Assembly: GCA_044353855.1 (NCBI GenBank)
Contig: JBILBF010000001.1
Coordinates: 824,430 to 888,429 of the forward strand
Direction: 5' to 3'
Length of the DNA: 64,000 bases
Source of the DNA: Bacteroidia bacterium
Lineage (GTDB): Bacteria; Bacteroidota; Bacteroidia; UKL13-3
Shown here: positions 19,646-30,158 of the stretch, one piece after another
How the letters are laid out: each line of letters starts with the position of its first letter
Position numbering within the stretch: position 1 is the first letter of the stretch
Translations under genes and position numbers: made by a program
The notes under the pieces: model-generated
Told to the model about the DNA's origin: nothing
The model's input: only the letters and a program-made list of their open reading frames with translations
Databases searched by the model: none

Positions 19646-20620
19646 CTACCAACCTAATATCCAAGCAAACATTAACGGAGCAACAATGGTAGCATCACTT
19701 TCTACTATAAATTTTGGGGTATGTATGTCCAATTTACCCCAAGTAATTTTTTCATTTGGTACTGCTCCAGAATAAGACCCATATGAAGTTGTAGAGTCAC
19801 TTATTTGACAAAAATAACTCCAAAATGGTATGTTCTCCATTTCCATATCTTGATATAACATTGGTACAACACATATTGGGAAATCTCCAGCAATTCCACC
19901 CCCAATTTGAAAAAATCCTAATCCTTTACCTTCTGAGTTTTTCACGTACCAATCCGCTAACCATACCATATATTCTATACCACTTTTCATCGTGCTAGCT
20001 TTCATTTCGTTTTTTATCACATAAGAAGCAAAAATATTTCCCATTGTTGAATCTTCCCAACCCGGAACTACTATAGGTAAGTTGCATTCAGCTGCAGCAA
20101 GCATCCATGAGTTTTTGGGGTCTATCTCATAATATTGCTCTAAATCGCCACTTAACAGCATTTTGTACATATATTCATGAGGAAAATAACGTTCACCACT
20201 CTTATCGGCTGTATTCCATACATTAAAAATATGTTTCTGCAGTCTTCTAAACGCCTCTTCTTCTGGAATACAAGTATCAGTTACACGGTTGTAGTGGTTT
20301 TCTAATAAATCCCATTCATCTTGCGGTGATAAATCACGATAGTTTGGCACCCTTTTGTAGTGAGAATGAGCCACCAAATTCATTATATCTTCTTCTAAAT
20401 TAGCTCCAGTACAACTAATAATATCAACTTTACCCTGACGAATCATTTCTGCTAATGATTTTCCTAGCTCGGCTGTACTCATAGCTCCTGCAAGGGTTAC
20501 CATCATTTTCCCTCCTTCAGTTAAATGGGTTTCATAACCTTTAGCGGCATCAACTAGAGCTGCTGCATTAAAGTGTTTGTAATGTGTTTCAATAAACTTC
20601 GAAATTGGTCCTTTAGTCAT
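19646..20620 (-). CDS. Deoxyhypusine synthase family protein
   Basis: HFNAAAL, GAMSTA, IGGGIAGDF and SYSGAVPNEKITWGK motifs; ATG at 20620, since the longer start overlaps a TATATTTG promoter at 20646-20639. Confidence 0.88.
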   Translation of the reverse strand: MTKGPISKFIETHYKHFNAAALVDAAKGYETHLTEGGKMMVTLAGAMSTAELGKSLAEMIRQGKVDIISCTGANLEEDIMNLVAHSHYKRVPNYRDLSPQDEWDLLENHYNRVTDTCIPEEEAFRRLQKHIFNVWNTADKSGERYFPHEYMYKMLLSGDLEQYYEIDPKNSWMLAAAECNLPIVVPGWEDSTMGNIFASYVIKNEMKASTMKSGIEYMVWLADWYVKNSEGKGLGFFQIGGGIAGDFPICVVPMLYQDMEMENIPFWSYFCQISDSTTSYGSYSGAVPNEKITWGKLDIHTPKFIVESDATIVAPLMFAWILGW

Positions 20621-20876
20621 TGTGAGTTTTAATTTGGGCAAATATAATCCCTCATTATTAAATTTAAATAAATAAAACGGATAGCTATTTCATTCTCCTT
20701 ATAAAAGATTATCGTTTTTATTCCCTCTTACAATTGTGTATACAATTCAATTTTTTAATTCTTGTGCTGTAAATACAAGATACAATTGTGATTAATTTAG
20801 GTATAATCAATTGGGTAAATCAACATTGTTTGGAGAGCGAAGATATTGAGCGTATTTTTACAGCAAAATAAGAGAT

Positions 20877-22220
20877 ATGGAAATTGTTTTTTTAGTATTA
20901 GGTATTATTACAGGAGTTATAATTGGAGTGTTTTTTCAAAAAAGCAAATCACCTCACTCTGCTATTATTGATACTGAAATCAATGATTGGAGAACTAAAT
21001 TTATTCATGCATCTAATGAAGTTAGTGCATTAACAAATGCAGAATCGATGTTGCGTTCAGATGTTGAATTTTTTAAAACTGAAATTTCGACTAAACAAGA
21101 TCAAATCATAAAACTAAATAATGAACTAACGTCAGCTTTAAATAGCACTAAAAATATTGAACAACGTTTACTCGAACAAAAGTCAGAAGTTGAAAAGTTA
21201 AATCAACGATTTAAAGAGGAATTCGAAAACTTGGCAGCTAAAATCCTTGAAGAGAAAACTCAAAAATTTACCGAACAGAACAAACAATCGTTGGATGGTA
21301 TTTTGACACCTTTACGTGAACGTATCAAGGATTTTGAAGATAAGGTTCAAAAAGTGTATGATACTGAGGCTGCAGAACGAAACATGCTCAAAGGGGAGAT
21401 AAAGCAATTGATGGGACTCAATCAACAAATGCACCTTGATACACAAAATTTAACAAAAGCTCTTAAAGGTGATAATAAAACACAAGGCAATTGGGGTGAA
21501 TTTATTTTAGAAAGTATTCTTGAAAAGTCAGGTTTGGTTAAAGATAGAGAGTATAAAACTCAAGAAAGTATATCTACTTCTGATGGCAAACGATTTCAAC
21601 CTGATGTTGTTATTAATTTGCCCGATGGAAAATGTTTGGTTGTTGATTCAAAAGTTTCATTAGTGGCTTATGAACGCTATGTTTCAACTGATGATGATCA
21701 ATTGAAAATTATGGCTCTTAAAGAACACGGACAATCATTTAAGTCGCACATAAAAGGATTAAGTGAAAAAAATTATCAAAATTTGTACGGAGTAAAAAGT
21801 CTAGATTTTGTGTTACTTTTTGTACCCATTGAATCAGCATTTGCTGCTGCTGTTCAATTTGATAACCAAATATTTAATGATGCTTTTGAACGAAATATTG
21901 TTATTGTAAGTCCATCAACTTTGCTCGCTACGTTGCGAACTGTTGCCAATATATGGAGACAAGAAAGTCAAAGTAAAAATGCCGTTGAAATAGCTAGCCG
22001 TGCAGGAGATATGTATGATAAATTTGTTGGTTTTGTAGAGGATTTAATTTTATTAGGGAATAAATTACGGGATTCACAAAAAGCATATGAAGGAGCAATG
22101 AACAAATTACATCAAGGCAGTGGAAATTTAGTGAAACGATCTGAAGAGTTAAAAAAGTTAGGGGCCAAGGCAACTAAATCGTTACCTATTAATCTTTTAG
22201 ATAGGGCAATTGGTGAATGA
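20877..22220 (+). CDS. rmuC: DNA recombination protein RmuC
   Basis: N-terminal TM, coiled coil, KTQGNWGE, RFQPDVVINLP, VDSKVSL and VSPSTLLATL. Confidence 0.93.
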   Translation: MEIVFLVLGIITGVIIGVFFQKSKSPHSAIIDTEINDWRTKFIHASNEVSALTNAESMLRSDVEFFKTEISTKQDQIIKLNNELTSALNSTKNIEQRLLEQKSEVEKLNQRFKEEFENLAAKILEEKTQKFTEQNKQSLDGILTPLRERIKDFEDKVQKVYDTEAAERNMLKGEIKQLMGLNQQMHLDTQNLTKALKGDNKTQGNWGEFILESILEKSGLVKDREYKTQESISTSDGKRFQPDVVINLPDGKCLVVDSKVSLVAYERYVSTDDDQLKIMALKEHGQSFKSHIKGLSEKNYQNLYGVKSLDFVLLFVPIESAFAAAVQFDNQIFNDAFERNIVIVSPSTLLATLRTVANIWRQESQSKNAVEIASRAGDMYDKFVGFVEDLILLGNKLRDSQKAYEGAMNKLHQGSGNLVKRSEELKKLGAKATKSLPINLLDRAIGE

Positions 22221-22276
22221 TATATGTCATTTATTCTTATGATTCATTCATTTAGTCAAAATTGCATATTTGTAGT

Positions 22277-22927
22277 GTGAAAAATTTATTAACCATTATT
22301 CTTACGTTTAGTTTTTTAATTGCTAATGCTCAGTCCAAATCAGTAGTAGATAAAAAAGCAGAAAAACTTTTAACTACTATCAGTAAACGTTACAAAGCAT
22401 TTAAATCAATAAAAGCTGATTTTATATATGCAATAGAAAGTAAAGCAGACAAATTCACTGAAAAGCAAAATGGAACTTTGCTTGTAAAAGGGAATAAGTT
22501 TAAGCTAGATATTGCTGGCCAAACTATTATTTCTGATAATGCTACAATTTGGACTTATAGTAAAGAAGTAAATGAAGTACAAATTAGTAATTATAACCCT
22601 AAGGAAAGTGCTATTCGAATTGATGATATTTTTACAATGTATAGCAAAGGATTTATCTCAAAAATAGCTGAAGAAAAAAAAGAATCAGGTAAAGAGGTTA
22701 CTATTATAGAATTAGTACCAACAAATAAAAAGAAAAATTATTTTAAGATTAAACTAACAGTCGACAAAACGAATCAAACAATTTTAAAATCTGTAGTTTA
22801 TGATAAAAACGGAACAATTCACACGTATACTATAACCAATCAAGTTCCTAATCTTAAACTTGAAGACAAAACGTTTACTTTTGATAAATCAAAATATCCC
22901 AAAATTGAAGTTATTGATTTACGCTAA
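22277..22927 (+). CDS. Outer membrane lipoprotein carrier protein, LolA-like
   Basis: Signal peptide; GTLLVKGNKFKL, IISDNATIWTY and EVQIS motifs; GTG start assumed. Confidence 0.82.
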   Translation: MKNLLTIILTFSFLIANAQSKSVVDKKAEKLLTTISKRYKAFKSIKADFIYAIESKADKFTEKQNGTLLVKGNKFKLDIAGQTIISDNATIWTYSKEVNEVQISNYNPKESAIRIDDIFTMYSKGFISKIAEEKKESGKEVTIIELVPTNKKKNYFKIKLTVDKTNQTILKSVVYDKNGTIHTYTITNQVPNLKLEDKTFTFDKSKYPKIEVIDLR

Positions 22928-23475
22928 TTGTTAATGAATTTTGCATTGATGGTATAGGTGCTTTTATGTCCAAATTTCACTTGTTGAATTTCCTCTATTC
23001 TAAAGCCTTGTGAAGGCAAATATGTTATCTTTTTTCTAACTTCTATTAAGTTTATCTTTTCTATATAAATTGCTTCAACAAAATTTATTTTTTGGTTTTC
23101 AGGGTTTGTTGAAATTGTACACAGTTTTAGATTTGGTTTTGCATCTATTGATGTAAATGAAATTGTACAAATTGTATCGGTATTAATAATTGTATCCATC
23201 TGATAACTGCCATTTTTTTTAGGATTACTTAAATCTATTAACGTAAAAATAGCTAGCTCATTTTCCCAATTCACTTGAGTTCTTGTAATCGTATCTAGTT
23301 CGTTGTTAAACAATAATTTCTTTAATATGCCAATTTTCTGTTGATTAAGAATATGTATTTGATTGTCAAAATATGATTTTGAATCCCATAGAGATATTGG
23401 CTTTTCTACTCCGGTAAAATTGCAACCAATGAATACAAATAGTACCATCAGCATCAAAAAAGATATTTTTAACAT
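22924..23475 (-). CDS. Hypothetical lipoprotein
   Basis: Hydrophobic N-terminus with lipobox FIGC; overlaps the gpmI stop. Confidence 0.7.
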   Translation of the reverse strand: MLKISFLMLMVLFVFIGCNFTGVEKPISLWDSKSYFDNQIHILNQQKIGILKKLLFNNELDTITRTQVNWENELAIFTLIDLSNPKKNGSYQMDTIINTDTICTISFTSIDAKPNLKLCTISTNPENQKINFVEAIYIEKINLIEVRKKITYLPSQGFRIEEIQQVKFGHKSTYTINAKFINN

Positions 23476-24995
23476 AACAAACTTTCTCCTGTCATTTCTG
23501 CTGGTTTAGGGAGATTTAAAAGGTCTAAAAATGTAGGTGCCAAATCTGCTAATCTGCCATTAGAAAGTTGGTGATTTATTTTTGGCTGAACAAGGATTAC
23601 AGGGACTTTATTAGTTGTGTGAGCTGTATTTGGAGTCCCATCTTCTTCATTTAACATATACTCACCATTACCGTGATCAGCTGTAATAATTATTGAGTAG
23701 TTTTTCAATAATGCAGCACTAACTATTCTACCTATACAATTATCAACCTTTTCTACAGCTTTAATTTCAGCATTTATTATTCCTGTGTGACCTACCATAT
23801 CAGGGTTAGCAAAGTTTACACAGATAAAAGCTGCTGCTTCTTTGTCGATTTCTGCTAATGTAAATTTACATACCTCTTCTGCACTCATTTCCGGTTGCAA
23901 GTCGTAAGTTGCAACCTTTGGTGAAGGTGCCATATATCTAGATTCTCCTACAAATGGATTTTCTCTTCCTCCTGAAAAAAAGAAACTTACATGAGGATAC
24001 TTTTCAGTTTCAGCAATTCTTACTTGTTTTAAGTGATGCTTTTCTAATACTTCACCCAATGTCATGTTAAGTTCTAAATCTGGAAATACAACACCAATAT
24101 TTTCATAAGTTTTATCGTATTCAGTTAATGTTATATAATGAAGATGCAATTTATGCATATTGTGTTCTTGAAAATCTTGTTGAGTTAAAGCCATTGTTAT
24201 CTCTCTTGCTCTATCTGTTCTAAAATTAAAACATATCACAACATCTCCTGCTTCAATTTTTGCGTAAGGATTTTGATTTGCATCAACTGCTATAATTGGT
24301 TTAATAAATTCATCAGTTTCTCCACCTTCATATCTTTGCTTTAGTGTATTAATAATGTTAGTAGAATGATACCCCAAACCATTTACTAGTGCATCGTAAG
24401 CTATTTTTACCCGCTCCCATCTTTTATCTCTATCCATTGCATAATATCTACCTGTAATCGATGCTATTTTTCCTCCAGTTTCAGCTAATTTTAATTCCAA
24501 GTCTGTTAAATATTGAACCCCACCTTTAGGGTCGGTATCTCTACCATCTGTAAAGGCATGTATAAAAAAATTGTTCATTTTCTGCTCTTGCATTATGTCA
24601 CATAATCCTTTTAAATGCTCTATCGAAGAATGAACTCCGCCATCACTTACCAAACCAATTAAGTGTATTTTTTTCCTATTGCTATTTGCGTATGCAATGG
24701 CTTTAATAAGCGTTTTGTTTTGGTTTACATTTTTTTCTTTAAATGCTTTATTAATTAAAACTAATTGTTGAAATACAACTCGCCCTGCTCCAATATTCAT
24801 GTGCCCTACTTCTGAATTACCCATTTGCCCTTCAGGAAGTCCAACATCTTCTCCTGAAGTTTTTAGCTCCGCATTGGGGTATTTACTTTTAAGAAAATCA
24901 AAATTAGGTTTCTTTGCCATATCAATGGCATTTCCATTATAAGATTTTCCATTTCCCCATCCATCTAAAATAAGTAATATTGCTTTAGTATTCAT
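23469..24995 (-). CDS. gpmI: 2,3-bisphosphoglycerate-independent phosphoglycerate mutase
   Basis: LLILDGWG, GQMGNSEVGH, DGGVHS, AETEKYPHV and TADHGN. Confidence 0.97.
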   Translation of the reverse strand: MNTKAILLILDGWGNGKSYNGNAIDMAKKPNFDFLKSKYPNAELKTSGEDVGLPEGQMGNSEVGHMNIGAGRVVFQQLVLINKAFKEKNVNQNKTLIKAIAYANSNRKKIHLIGLVSDGGVHSSIEHLKGLCDIMQEQKMNNFFIHAFTDGRDTDPKGGVQYLTDLELKLAETGGKIASITGRYYAMDRDKRWERVKIAYDALVNGLGYHSTNIINTLKQRYEGGETDEFIKPIIAVDANQNPYAKIEAGDVVICFNFRTDRAREITMALTQQDFQEHNMHKLHLHYITLTEYDKTYENIGVVFPDLELNMTLGEVLEKHHLKQVRIAETEKYPHVSFFFSGGRENPFVGESRYMAPSPKVATYDLQPEMSAEEVCKFTLAEIDKEAAAFICVNFANPDMVGHTGIINAEIKAVEKVDNCIGRIVSAALLKNYSIIITADHGNGEYMLNEEDGTPNTAHTTNKVPVILVQPKINHQLSNGRLADLAPTFLDLLNLPKPAEMTGESLLC

Positions 24996-25115
24996 TTAGC
25001 AAAAGTAATCATTAAAAGTTTTATGTTGCTTACACTTACTATCTGGCATTTTTTAGTAATTTGCATCGTGGCATGGTTTTCGATATTGTCAAAATGCTTT
25101 TTATCACTCATTAAT

Positions 25116-25493
25116 ATGAAAACAGGATTACTTTTTTTATGTTCATTTTTAAGTTTTGTTTCTTTTGCTGATACATTCGATGACGTAGTTGCTGCTATTA
25201 AATCAGCAAATTCAAAAAAGGTTGCAATGTACTTCAATTCTAATGTTGAATTAACGGTGTTGAATGCTGAGGGAGTTTATAGTAAACCTCAAGCTGAAAT
25301 AATTATTAAGAATTTTTTTACGAGTAATCCTCCCAAAAATGTTGCAATTCAGCATAAAGGATCTTCAGCTCAAGGAGCTAAATATGTTATTGCTAATTAT
25401 GAATGTGCTCAAGGCAATTATAGAATTTATATTTTTATGAAGGAGTCTGCCTCTGAAATGCTTATTCACGAATTACGTTTCGAGAAGGAATAA
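25116..25493 (+). CDS. DUF4783-like secreted protein
   Basis: Signal peptide from ATG 25116; YF..NVELT and YSK.QAE.I.K.FF...P pattern. Confidence 0.72.
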   Translation: MKTGLLFLCSFLSFVSFADTFDDVVAAIKSANSKKVAMYFNSNVELTVLNAEGVYSKPQAEIIIKNFFTSNPPKNVAIQHKGSSAQGAKYVIANYECAQGNYRIYIFMKESASEMLIHELRFEKE

Positions 25494-25512
25494 CTTACTA
25501 TTATAGTTTTGT

Positions 25513-26367
25513 ATGAAAGAATTATTAGAAAATCCATCAGTTATACAACTTATTAATTTAGCTTTTGCTGAAGATATTGGAAGTGGGGATCATACTTCAT
25601 TAGCATGTATTGATAAAGATGCAAAAGGTAAATCGATAATAGTAGCAAAAGAAGTTGGTGTGGTAGCTGGTGTTTTATTGGGTGAATATATTTTTAAAAA
25701 AGTTGATGCTGATTTGCAAGTAGAAATTTTGGTTCATGATGGAGAATCAATTTATCCAGGTGACATCATTATGAAAATTGCCGGAAGTGATATTAGTATG
25801 CTTACAGCAGAACGTACTGTACTCAATTTTATGCAACGTTTAAGTGGCGTTTCATCACAAACTGCTAAATATGTTCAGCTGCTTAAAGGACTTCACACCC
25901 AAATATTGGATACTCGAAAAACTACACCTGGAATGCGGCTTTTGGAAAAATGGGCTGTAAAAAATGGTGGTGGGTTTAATCATCGAATTGGCTTGTATGA
26001 TATGATATTGATTAAAGATAACCACAATGATTTCTCAGGTGGAATAACAAGTGCTATTACCCGAACTCAAAAATACCTGAATGATAAAAAGTTAAATCTT
26101 AAAATTGAAATTGAAACGCGCAGTTTAGATGAAGTAAAAGAAGTATTAGCTATTGGAGGTATTGATAGAATTATGCTAGATAATTTCTCCATTCCTATGC
26201 TTATTGATGCTATTGCATTAATTAATAATAGATTTGAAACAGAAGCTTCAGGAGGTATTACATTAGATTCTTTAAGAGGTTATGCCGAAACAGGTGTAGA
26301 TTTTATTTCTTCGGGAGCATTAACTCATTCAATAAAAAGTTTAGATTTAAGTATGCGTGCTGGATAG
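25513..26367 (+). CDS. nadC: Nicotinate-nucleotide pyrophosphorylase (carboxylating)
   Basis: EDIGSGDHT, ERTVLNF, DTRKTTPG, NHRIGL, IKDNH and EASGG. Confidence 0.96.
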   Translation: MKELLENPSVIQLINLAFAEDIGSGDHTSLACIDKDAKGKSIIVAKEVGVVAGVLLGEYIFKKVDADLQVEILVHDGESIYPGDIIMKIAGSDISMLTAERTVLNFMQRLSGVSSQTAKYVQLLKGLHTQILDTRKTTPGMRLLEKWAVKNGGGFNHRIGLYDMILIKDNHNDFSGGITSAITRTQKYLNDKKLNLKIEIETRSLDEVKEVLAIGGIDRIMLDNFSIPMLIDAIALINNRFETEASGGITLDSLRGYAETGVDFISSGALTHSIKSLDLSMRAG

Positions 26368-26377
26368 ATTACTAACA

Positions 26378-26435
26378 GAAAAAATATTTAAAAAAAAACC
26401 TAACAAAAATGCTAGGTTTTTTTAAATATTTTTTC
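26378..26435. terminator. Long AT-rich inverted repeat, probable bidirectional terminator between convergent nadC and gldJ
   Basis: GAAAAAATATTTAAAAAAA..CCTAAC / GCTAGGTTTTTTTAAATATTTTTTC. Confidence 0.65.
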
Positions 26436-27877
26436 TATTTTTCTTTTCGAGGATCTCCAACTCTATCCATAACACATCTAAACCCAATCATAGCACTAGA
26501 TAAGTCTTCATCTAAATATCTACGTGTACCAGGGTGTAACCAATAAGCCCTATCTCTCCAAGAACCACCTTTGAATACTCTTGCTCTGTTGTCAATTAAT
26601 GATGATACGCTATATTCATATTGTTGATCAAGGTCGGCATAGTTCAGTTCATCTTTGTAACCGATATTATTTGATTTTTTATAGTTTCTACGTTTGGCAT
26701 TTTCTTCTTCGGTAACTTCACGATAAGGAACTTTTCCTAAACTATCTTTTTCTGAAACAATTCCATCTGCATCTGTAACTTTGGTTTTGTATACATTTCC
26801 ACGAAAAGGATTTACATCTGTCATATCTTCGAGTGACAAAGGACGATAAATATCCATTACCCATTCACTTACATTTCCAGCCATATGGTATAAACCAAAA
26901 TCATTTGGAAGCATGTCTTCTGGTTTTACTTCTGCAGTGTAGAATGCACCATCATTTAATTTACCGGCAACACCAGCAACATCACCTCTACCACGCATAT
27001 AATTCGCATACATCATTCCACGTGTTTTTTCTGTATCACTTCTACGTAATGTCAAACCATCCCAAGGATAAATTCTTTTTACATCTATATTTTCATTGTA
27101 ATCAGGTGAATAGTAGCCATATGCAGCATATTCCCATTCAGCTTCTGTTGGTAACCGATAATCAGGTAATAAAATACCATCTTCCATTCTGATATTTCTA
27201 TCGTTTCCATTAGGAGCATAATCTTCTAATAGAAGTTTTGCTGTAGGAGTATATAGTCCTAATAAATAGGCTTCTGTATTAAAATTGTTATCATCAACTG
27301 ATGTTTGAACATCTAAATCGATAAATCCCTCGCGAGCCATTATCATTTCATTAACGCGGTCGGTTCTCCATTCAGCATATGCTTTTGCTTGTAACCAACT
27401 AACTCCTACAACTGGGTAATCTCTATATGCTGGATGGCGCAAATAATATAACACATAAGGTTCGTTGTATGATAATTTGTCTCTCCAAACCATTGTATCT
27501 GGAAGTGATTTTTCGTAAATAATAGGATTACTAACATACACTCTTCTTAGCCAATACAAATATTCAGTGTAGTGAAAGTTCGAAACTTCAGTTTCATCCA
27601 TATAAAAACTAGAAATTGATACCCTACGTTTTAAGTTGTTTCGGTCATAAGTCAAATCTTGTTCAGATTGACCAATTGTTGCAGACCCCCCTTCAATAAA
27701 TATTAGCCCTGGACCAGTTTCTTGGCCTTCAAACTTTGCTTTTTCAAATCCGCCCCATTTGGGATCATTGTATTTCCACCCAGTTACAGATGATTTTTTG
27801 TCAGCACTGTTACATGCTGAAAAAATTAACGCCTGAACAAATCCGGCTAAAAGAATCAATTTTGAAGCTTGCTTCAT
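26435..27877 (-). CDS. gldJ: Gliding motility lipoprotein GldJ (FGE-sulfatase/SUMF1 domain)
   Basis: Lipobox FSAC, SSVTGWKYND, FYMDETEVSN, YRLPTEAEWEYAA, MAGNVSEW; next to porU/porV. Confidence 0.85.
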   Translation of the reverse strand: MKQASKLILLAGFVQALIFSACNSADKKSSVTGWKYNDPKWGGFEKAKFEGQETGPGLIFIEGGSATIGQSEQDLTYDRNNLKRRVSISSFYMDETEVSNFHYTEYLYWLRRVYVSNPIIYEKSLPDTMVWRDKLSYNEPYVLYYLRHPAYRDYPVVGVSWLQAKAYAEWRTDRVNEMIMAREGFIDLDVQTSVDDNNFNTEAYLLGLYTPTAKLLLEDYAPNGNDRNIRMEDGILLPDYRLPTEAEWEYAAYGYYSPDYNENIDVKRIYPWDGLTLRRSDTEKTRGMMYANYMRGRGDVAGVAGKLNDGAFYTAEVKPEDMLPNDFGLYHMAGNVSEWVMDIYRPLSLEDMTDVNPFRGNVYKTKVTDADGIVSEKDSLGKVPYREVTEEENAKRRNYKKSNNIGYKDELNYADLDQQYEYSVSSLIDNRARVFKGGSWRDRAYWLHPGTRRYLDEDLSSAMIGFRCVMDRVGDPRKEK

Positions 27878-27941
27878 ATGGTTTAACTATTTATAATTTT
27901 CAAATAAACGAAAAAAAAATCAAATTATTCCAAATTTCTAT

Positions 27942-28934
27942 CTAAAATTCAGGACAACGCATTGCTTTTGTTACTTTCTTGCTAGATTTTTTAACTGGTT
28001 TTATTTCAAATGCCATTGACAACTCATGTGATCCTTGTGTGGCTGTACTAGCACCAGATACTGTTACATCGTAGCTGTAACCTACTTTAAATTTAGGGAA
28101 TTTTAATCCAATTAAAAAAATCAATGCATCACTGTTTCTAGATGTTTGTCTAAACCACAATCCTGCTGTTAATGCTTGTTTTTTCAAATAGAAACCTAAA
28201 TTTAACTGGTTGAAATTTCGTTGTTGTAAATATAATATATTAGGTGAGATAGTAACATTTTGTTCCTCATATTTAGATTTTGTTAGAAATATATTAGCAC
28301 CTGCATGAATGGTGTACCTGCGGGGTAATTTAAATTCTTCGTTACTACTTTCAGTGTTGTAAAAAGATTGATTTGGCTCCGTTAGGTTGTGTATGGCAAA
28401 TCCTCCATAAAACTTATTGCTATAAAGCAACAAACCCGTCCCAAAATTAGGTAAATTTATTCTTTCGGAACCTTTGTTTTCAGCTGTTGGAAAAACAAAT
28501 CCTAGTTGATCATCTATTTGGTCACCAAATTTAAATTTAGAAAAGTCATAATATCTCTGATAATAAGTGGCTTGTACTGCCGCCCTCATAGTTATCTTTC
28601 TGCTCAAAGCTACACTGTAAGCATATATTCCACTAAAAGTTGTTGTTGTTAAAAACCCATCTCCAGATACATCCATGGTAGCCATTGCTCCAATTCCTCC
28701 ACTTATTGCATTTAGTTGAGCGTCAAATGATGCGGCACCTGTTCTGTAATTATTTCTCAATGCGGAGTACTGGTCACGAGCAATAAATGTGAAACGCAAA
28801 TTATTGGATGAGCCCGCAAAAGCAGGGTTTGTGTATATTGGATTAGCGTAAAATTGAGAAAAAAGTGGGTCTTGTGCTATTGCCAAAAAGGGAAATAACA
28901 AACATATTACTATTTTTAAAAGTTTTTTTTTCAT
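27942..28934 (-). CDS. PorP/SprF family T9SS outer membrane protein
   Basis: AQDPLFSQFYANPIYTNPAFAG start, GYSYD and GSHELS near the C-terminus. Confidence 0.88.
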   Translation of the reverse strand: MKKKLLKIVICLLFPFLAIAQDPLFSQFYANPIYTNPAFAGSSNNLRFTFIARDQYSALRNNYRTGAASFDAQLNAISGGIGAMATMDVSGDGFLTTTTFSGIYAYSVALSRKITMRAAVQATYYQRYYDFSKFKFGDQIDDQLGFVFPTAENKGSERINLPNFGTGLLLYSNKFYGGFAIHNLTEPNQSFYNTESSNEEFKLPRRYTIHAGANIFLTKSKYEEQNVTISPNILYLQQRNFNQLNLGFYLKKQALTAGLWFRQTSRNSDALIFLIGLKFPKFKVGYSYDVTVSGASTATQGSHELSMAFEIKPVKKSSKKVTKAMRCPEF

Positions 28935-28967
28935 AGTAAGTAGCCTAATACGAATATAATCAACTTT

Positions 28968-29963
28968 TTAGAATTCTGGACAACGAATATTTCGCACTTT
29001 AGATTTAGGCGTTCGCTTTTTTAATTCGAATCCTAATGAAACTTCATAGGATTGGGCTGCGCCTGAGTATACTTTTGATGTAACTACATCGTATGAAAAT
29101 CCAATTTTAACTTTTTGTGTACGTATACCTAACAACAATATAAATGCATCAGATGTGTTAACAGATTGCCTAAAATAAGTTCCAAAAACTACCGGTCCCT
29201 GACTTACATACATCCCCAAATTAATTTGATGTGTTCCTAATTGTTGCATGTATAAAACATTTGGGTAAAAGTTGGATTCTTTTTTGGGGTCTCTGTTTTT
29301 ACGAATAGGGATTATTAAACCACCATGTGCAGTGTATCGCATAGGTATCTTACTAGCAGCAGTTCCATAAAATCCTTGTTCAGGTTCATTTAAATTGTGA
29401 ATAGCAAAACCTGCATAAAATTTATTTGAATAGATTACTGTTCCTACATTAATGTTTGGGTATATTTTTGGCCCTTCAATTGGTTTTTCTGAAGTTGCAC
29501 GCACAAAACCTTGCGTTCGAATAATTTGGTCAAAAAATTGCAATTTGCTAAAGTCAATTGTTTTTTGAGTAAATCCAACTTGAATTCCCGCTCTCATCGT
29601 TACATACTTGCTGAGTATTATTTGATAGGAATAAATAAAACTCGCAGATGTTGACCGTAAAGTACCTACTCCTGCTTCATCATTTGTGGCAAGTAATCCA
29701 ATTCCACCATTTAGTTTGTTAAAATGTTCATCGTAAGAAGCAGAAAATGTACGGAATGTACCTGAGATACTAGGCCATTGACTTCTGTAATTCAGGCCAA
29801 TACGACCTACATAAGATCCTCCTGCAAATGCTGGATTAGTGTATATTGGATTTGCATAAAATTGAGAAAAGTGAGGGTCTTGTGCCCGCACTTCAATCGC
29901 AAAAAGCGCTAAAGCCAAAACATATATATAGATGCTGACGCTTGCAGCAATATTTTTATTCAT
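28968..29963 (-). CDS. PorP/SprF family T9SS outer membrane protein (second paralogue)
   Basis: AQDPHFSQFYANPIYTNPAFAG, NYRSQWP and GFSYD; ATG at 29963 preferred. Confidence 0.88.
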   Translation of the reverse strand: MNKNIAASVSIYIYVLALALFAIEVRAQDPHFSQFYANPIYTNPAFAGGSYVGRIGLNYRSQWPSISGTFRTFSASYDEHFNKLNGGIGLLATNDEAGVGTLRSTSASFIYSYQIILSKYVTMRAGIQVGFTQKTIDFSKLQFFDQIIRTQGFVRATSEKPIEGPKIYPNINVGTVIYSNKFYAGFAIHNLNEPEQGFYGTAASKIPMRYTAHGGLIIPIRKNRDPKKESNFYPNVLYMQQLGTHQINLGMYVSQGPVVFGTYFRQSVNTSDAFILLLGIRTQKVKIGFSYDVVTSKVYSGAAQSYEVSLGFELKKRTPKSKVRNIRCPEF

Positions 29964-30158
29964 TTTGATGATTAAGTGATACAGTTTAACTTGCAGCACC
30001 CTTGGTATTAAACAATTTATTAAATAGGTTTTTTATAAAGGTATGTTCAAACTAATTAATTGTGTAGAACATACAATTTATTTGCCTTGATTCACGTTTA
30101 ATTACGTTGTATTTACATACTATACAAAGGTCCAATAATAAGCAATTTATATTTTTAT

